Positions 35,909 to 37,275 of a stretch of 37,275 bases of DNA are shown one piece after another (the stretch's first letter is position 1; each line of letters begins with the position of its first letter). The notes beneath the pieces are model-generated. The model saw nothing but the letters and a program-made list of their open reading frames with translations, had not been told where the DNA came from and did not search any database. A program made the position numbers and the translations under genes. The stretch comes from a virus (taxonomy: Duplodnaviria > Caudoviricetes), in IMG/VR virus record IMGVR_UViG_3300030372_003141, positions 1 through 37,275 of that record. One strand, 5' to 3'.

Positions 35909-37211
35909 TGATAATGAACAAATTAATTTAGATGTTAACGATGATATTGGTGATATATTAAAAAATACCGACAGATTTGTTGACGGAGATATTAGCGGTG
36001 GTAGTCAATTATTAAGTAATTCAGCTACATTAATAGGCGGGGCATCGTTATTAGGTGCTACAGCACATTATGGTAAGCGTGCTATTGCAAGAGGTATTGA
36101 TACCTATGGTTTTGGAGCAAATGTTACAGGGTCATATCAAGGAGATTCTAAAATTGCTCAATATACTAATAATTTATTGCAAGCAGGTGGTGCTAAAAGA
36201 CGAAATATGCCTATAGAATTTATGAAAACTTTAATGGCTAAAGGTAACCCCGCTGAATTAAGCGCTATGGAAAATTCCATTGCTATGCTTGATGAACATA
36301 TGAGTAAATTAAAAAGCCAAGGTTTACGTATTCCTAAAAAAATGAAAGAATATTATTTAAATTTGCAGGCTATGAGACCTGAGAGAAATATGGCTCAAGC
36401 TATTTTACAAACTAGCTTTAACCAACCTGTTAGCTTTGAACATGGCGGTAAATTTGTAAAAAATGCTATGCCTCAAGTAGATGAAGATATTGGTAAAGCA
36501 TTAGCTAATAAGGGATTTGACACTAATAAACCTTTTACTGTATATGATGTTACTGATGATAAGTTTATGAATAAGAAATTACGTATGGCATCAACTAATG
36601 ACCCTAGGTTAAGAATAATTAACCAAGCTTTAAAAAATAATCAAGTTGATGATGCAAAAATGTTTGCTAAGAACGGAACTATTAAATATGGGAAAGAATT
36701 AATACATACTGGTAAGCCTATCAATTTAGTTAAAGAAGGTGATGGGTATGTTGCTAAATTTGTGCCTCAATATATGCAAAAAGGAGGCAAATTAGCATCT
36801 GTTAAAGAATATGTTGTTGGAGGGCATACTCAACGTGTTCATTTTGGCAAATATGAAGGATTTAAAGGTTTTCATAAAACATATACAGATATGTTTGATA
36901 TTACTAGTTACGCTTCTGCAGGAGAAACTGCTGATAATGTAATTACTAAAGGAAGAATTGCAATAGCAGGAGAGCAAGGTAGAAAAGCTGGAGTACATCA
37001 ACCAGTTGTTACAGTCAGTAGCTATAAACATAGAGCACCTGGGGGAGGAAGAACTCCTGGTGTAGTAGATAAAGTTAAACGTAAAAGTAGAAAATTCGTT
37101 GAAGCTTCCGCTAAAACATTATATGACGACCCTTCTAAGTTGAAAAAATTAAAAGCTAAAGATTTATTAAGAATTGCAAAAATCTTAGTTACTAAAGGCA
37201 AGTCTTTTTAA
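35898..37211 (+). CDS. Hypothetical basic protein (437 aa), possibly an ejected partner of the giant protein
   Basis: TTG start with SD AAAGGAG, overlapping the end of the giant gene; N-terminal Gly/Ala hydrophobic segment. Confidence 0.65.
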   Translation: MTSNDNEQINLDVNDDIGDILKNTDRFVDGDISGGSQLLSNSATLIGGASLLGATAHYGKRAIARGIDTYGFGANVTGSYQGDSKIAQYTNNLLQAGGAKRRNMPIEFMKTLMAKGNPAELSAMENSIAMLDEHMSKLKSQGLRIPKKMKEYYLNLQAMRPERNMAQAILQTSFNQPVSFEHGGKFVKNAMPQVDEDIGKALANKGFDTNKPFTVYDVTDDKFMNKKLRMASTNDPRLRIINQALKNNQVDDAKMFAKNGTIKYGKELIHTGKPINLVKEGDGYVAKFVPQYMQKGGKLASVKEYVVGGHTQRVHFGKYEGFKGFHKTYTDMFDITSYASAGETADNVITKGRIAIAGEQGRKAGVHQPVVTVSSYKHRAPGGGRTPGVVDKVKRKSRKFVEASAKTLYDDPSKLKKLKAKDLLRIAKILVTKGKSF

Positions 37212-37275
37212 CCGTCTGTTGTGTGAATATATCTTTTAAAAGCTCTTTTTAGTTACGTTCTATTTTCTTTAATAA

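Larger units (their letters stand above)
1..37275. mobile_element. Tailed dsDNA bacteriophage genome segment (podovirus-like structural module with putative virion RNA polymerase)
   Basis: Colinear terminase-portal-scaffold-capsid-adaptor-nozzle-ejection gene order; dense co-oriented ORFs; no cellular housekeeping genes or integrase in the window. Confidence 0.95.

Noticed and set aside
1693-37031. Numerous short minus-strand and alternate-frame ORFs inside long genes (e.g. 6345-6737, 13550-14047, 16158-16439, 32389-32685)
   Set aside because: Shadow ORFs of well-supported + strand genes, with no SD or protein-like features.
1-37275. Stop-codon reassignment, as seen in some crAss-like phages
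   Set aside because: Genes are full length under the standard code, and TAA, TAG and TGA all end genes that abut the next start.
37212-37275. 3' end of a convergent minus-strand gene or a terminator
   Set aside because: Too little sequence; all minus frames stop quickly and no clear hairpin is present.
1-37275. tRNA, rRNA, intron or intein elements
   Set aside because: No cloverleaf, gene interruption or intein terminal motifs were noticed by eye; a covariance-model scan was not possible.

Overview
This window is the virion-morphogenesis arm of an AT-rich, tailed dsDNA phage, most likely a podovirus: no tape-measure or tail-tube/sheath gene is recognisable, and P22/T7-style adaptor, nozzle and ejection-type genes are present. 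A non-coding control region (about 303-775) separates one leftward, GC-richer gene from a tightly packed rightward operon, in which many genes overlap by TAATG or ATGA. The operon order is: small virion gene, lysozyme-like enzyme, several micro-ORFs, terminase small and large subunits, portal, scaffold, major capsid, decoration-like genes, adaptor/ring and fibre genes, small membrane genes plus a metallophosphoesterase, nozzle, and a block of ejection-type proteins. The standout is a 3229-aa protein (26219-35908) carrying the two-barrel (double-psi beta-barrel) RNA polymerase catalytic signature RxP...GGADLDGDK. It also has a degenerate SLOG-like domain and ejection-protein-like termini, so it is a putative virion-packaged, injected, single-chain RNA polymerase. 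Strong Shine-Dalgarno use and sigma70-like promoters argue against a Bacteroidota (crAss-type) host. Six small genes missing from the ORF track were read directly from the sequence, including three highly basic microproteins. All family assignments come from motif recognition and gene order, not database searches.
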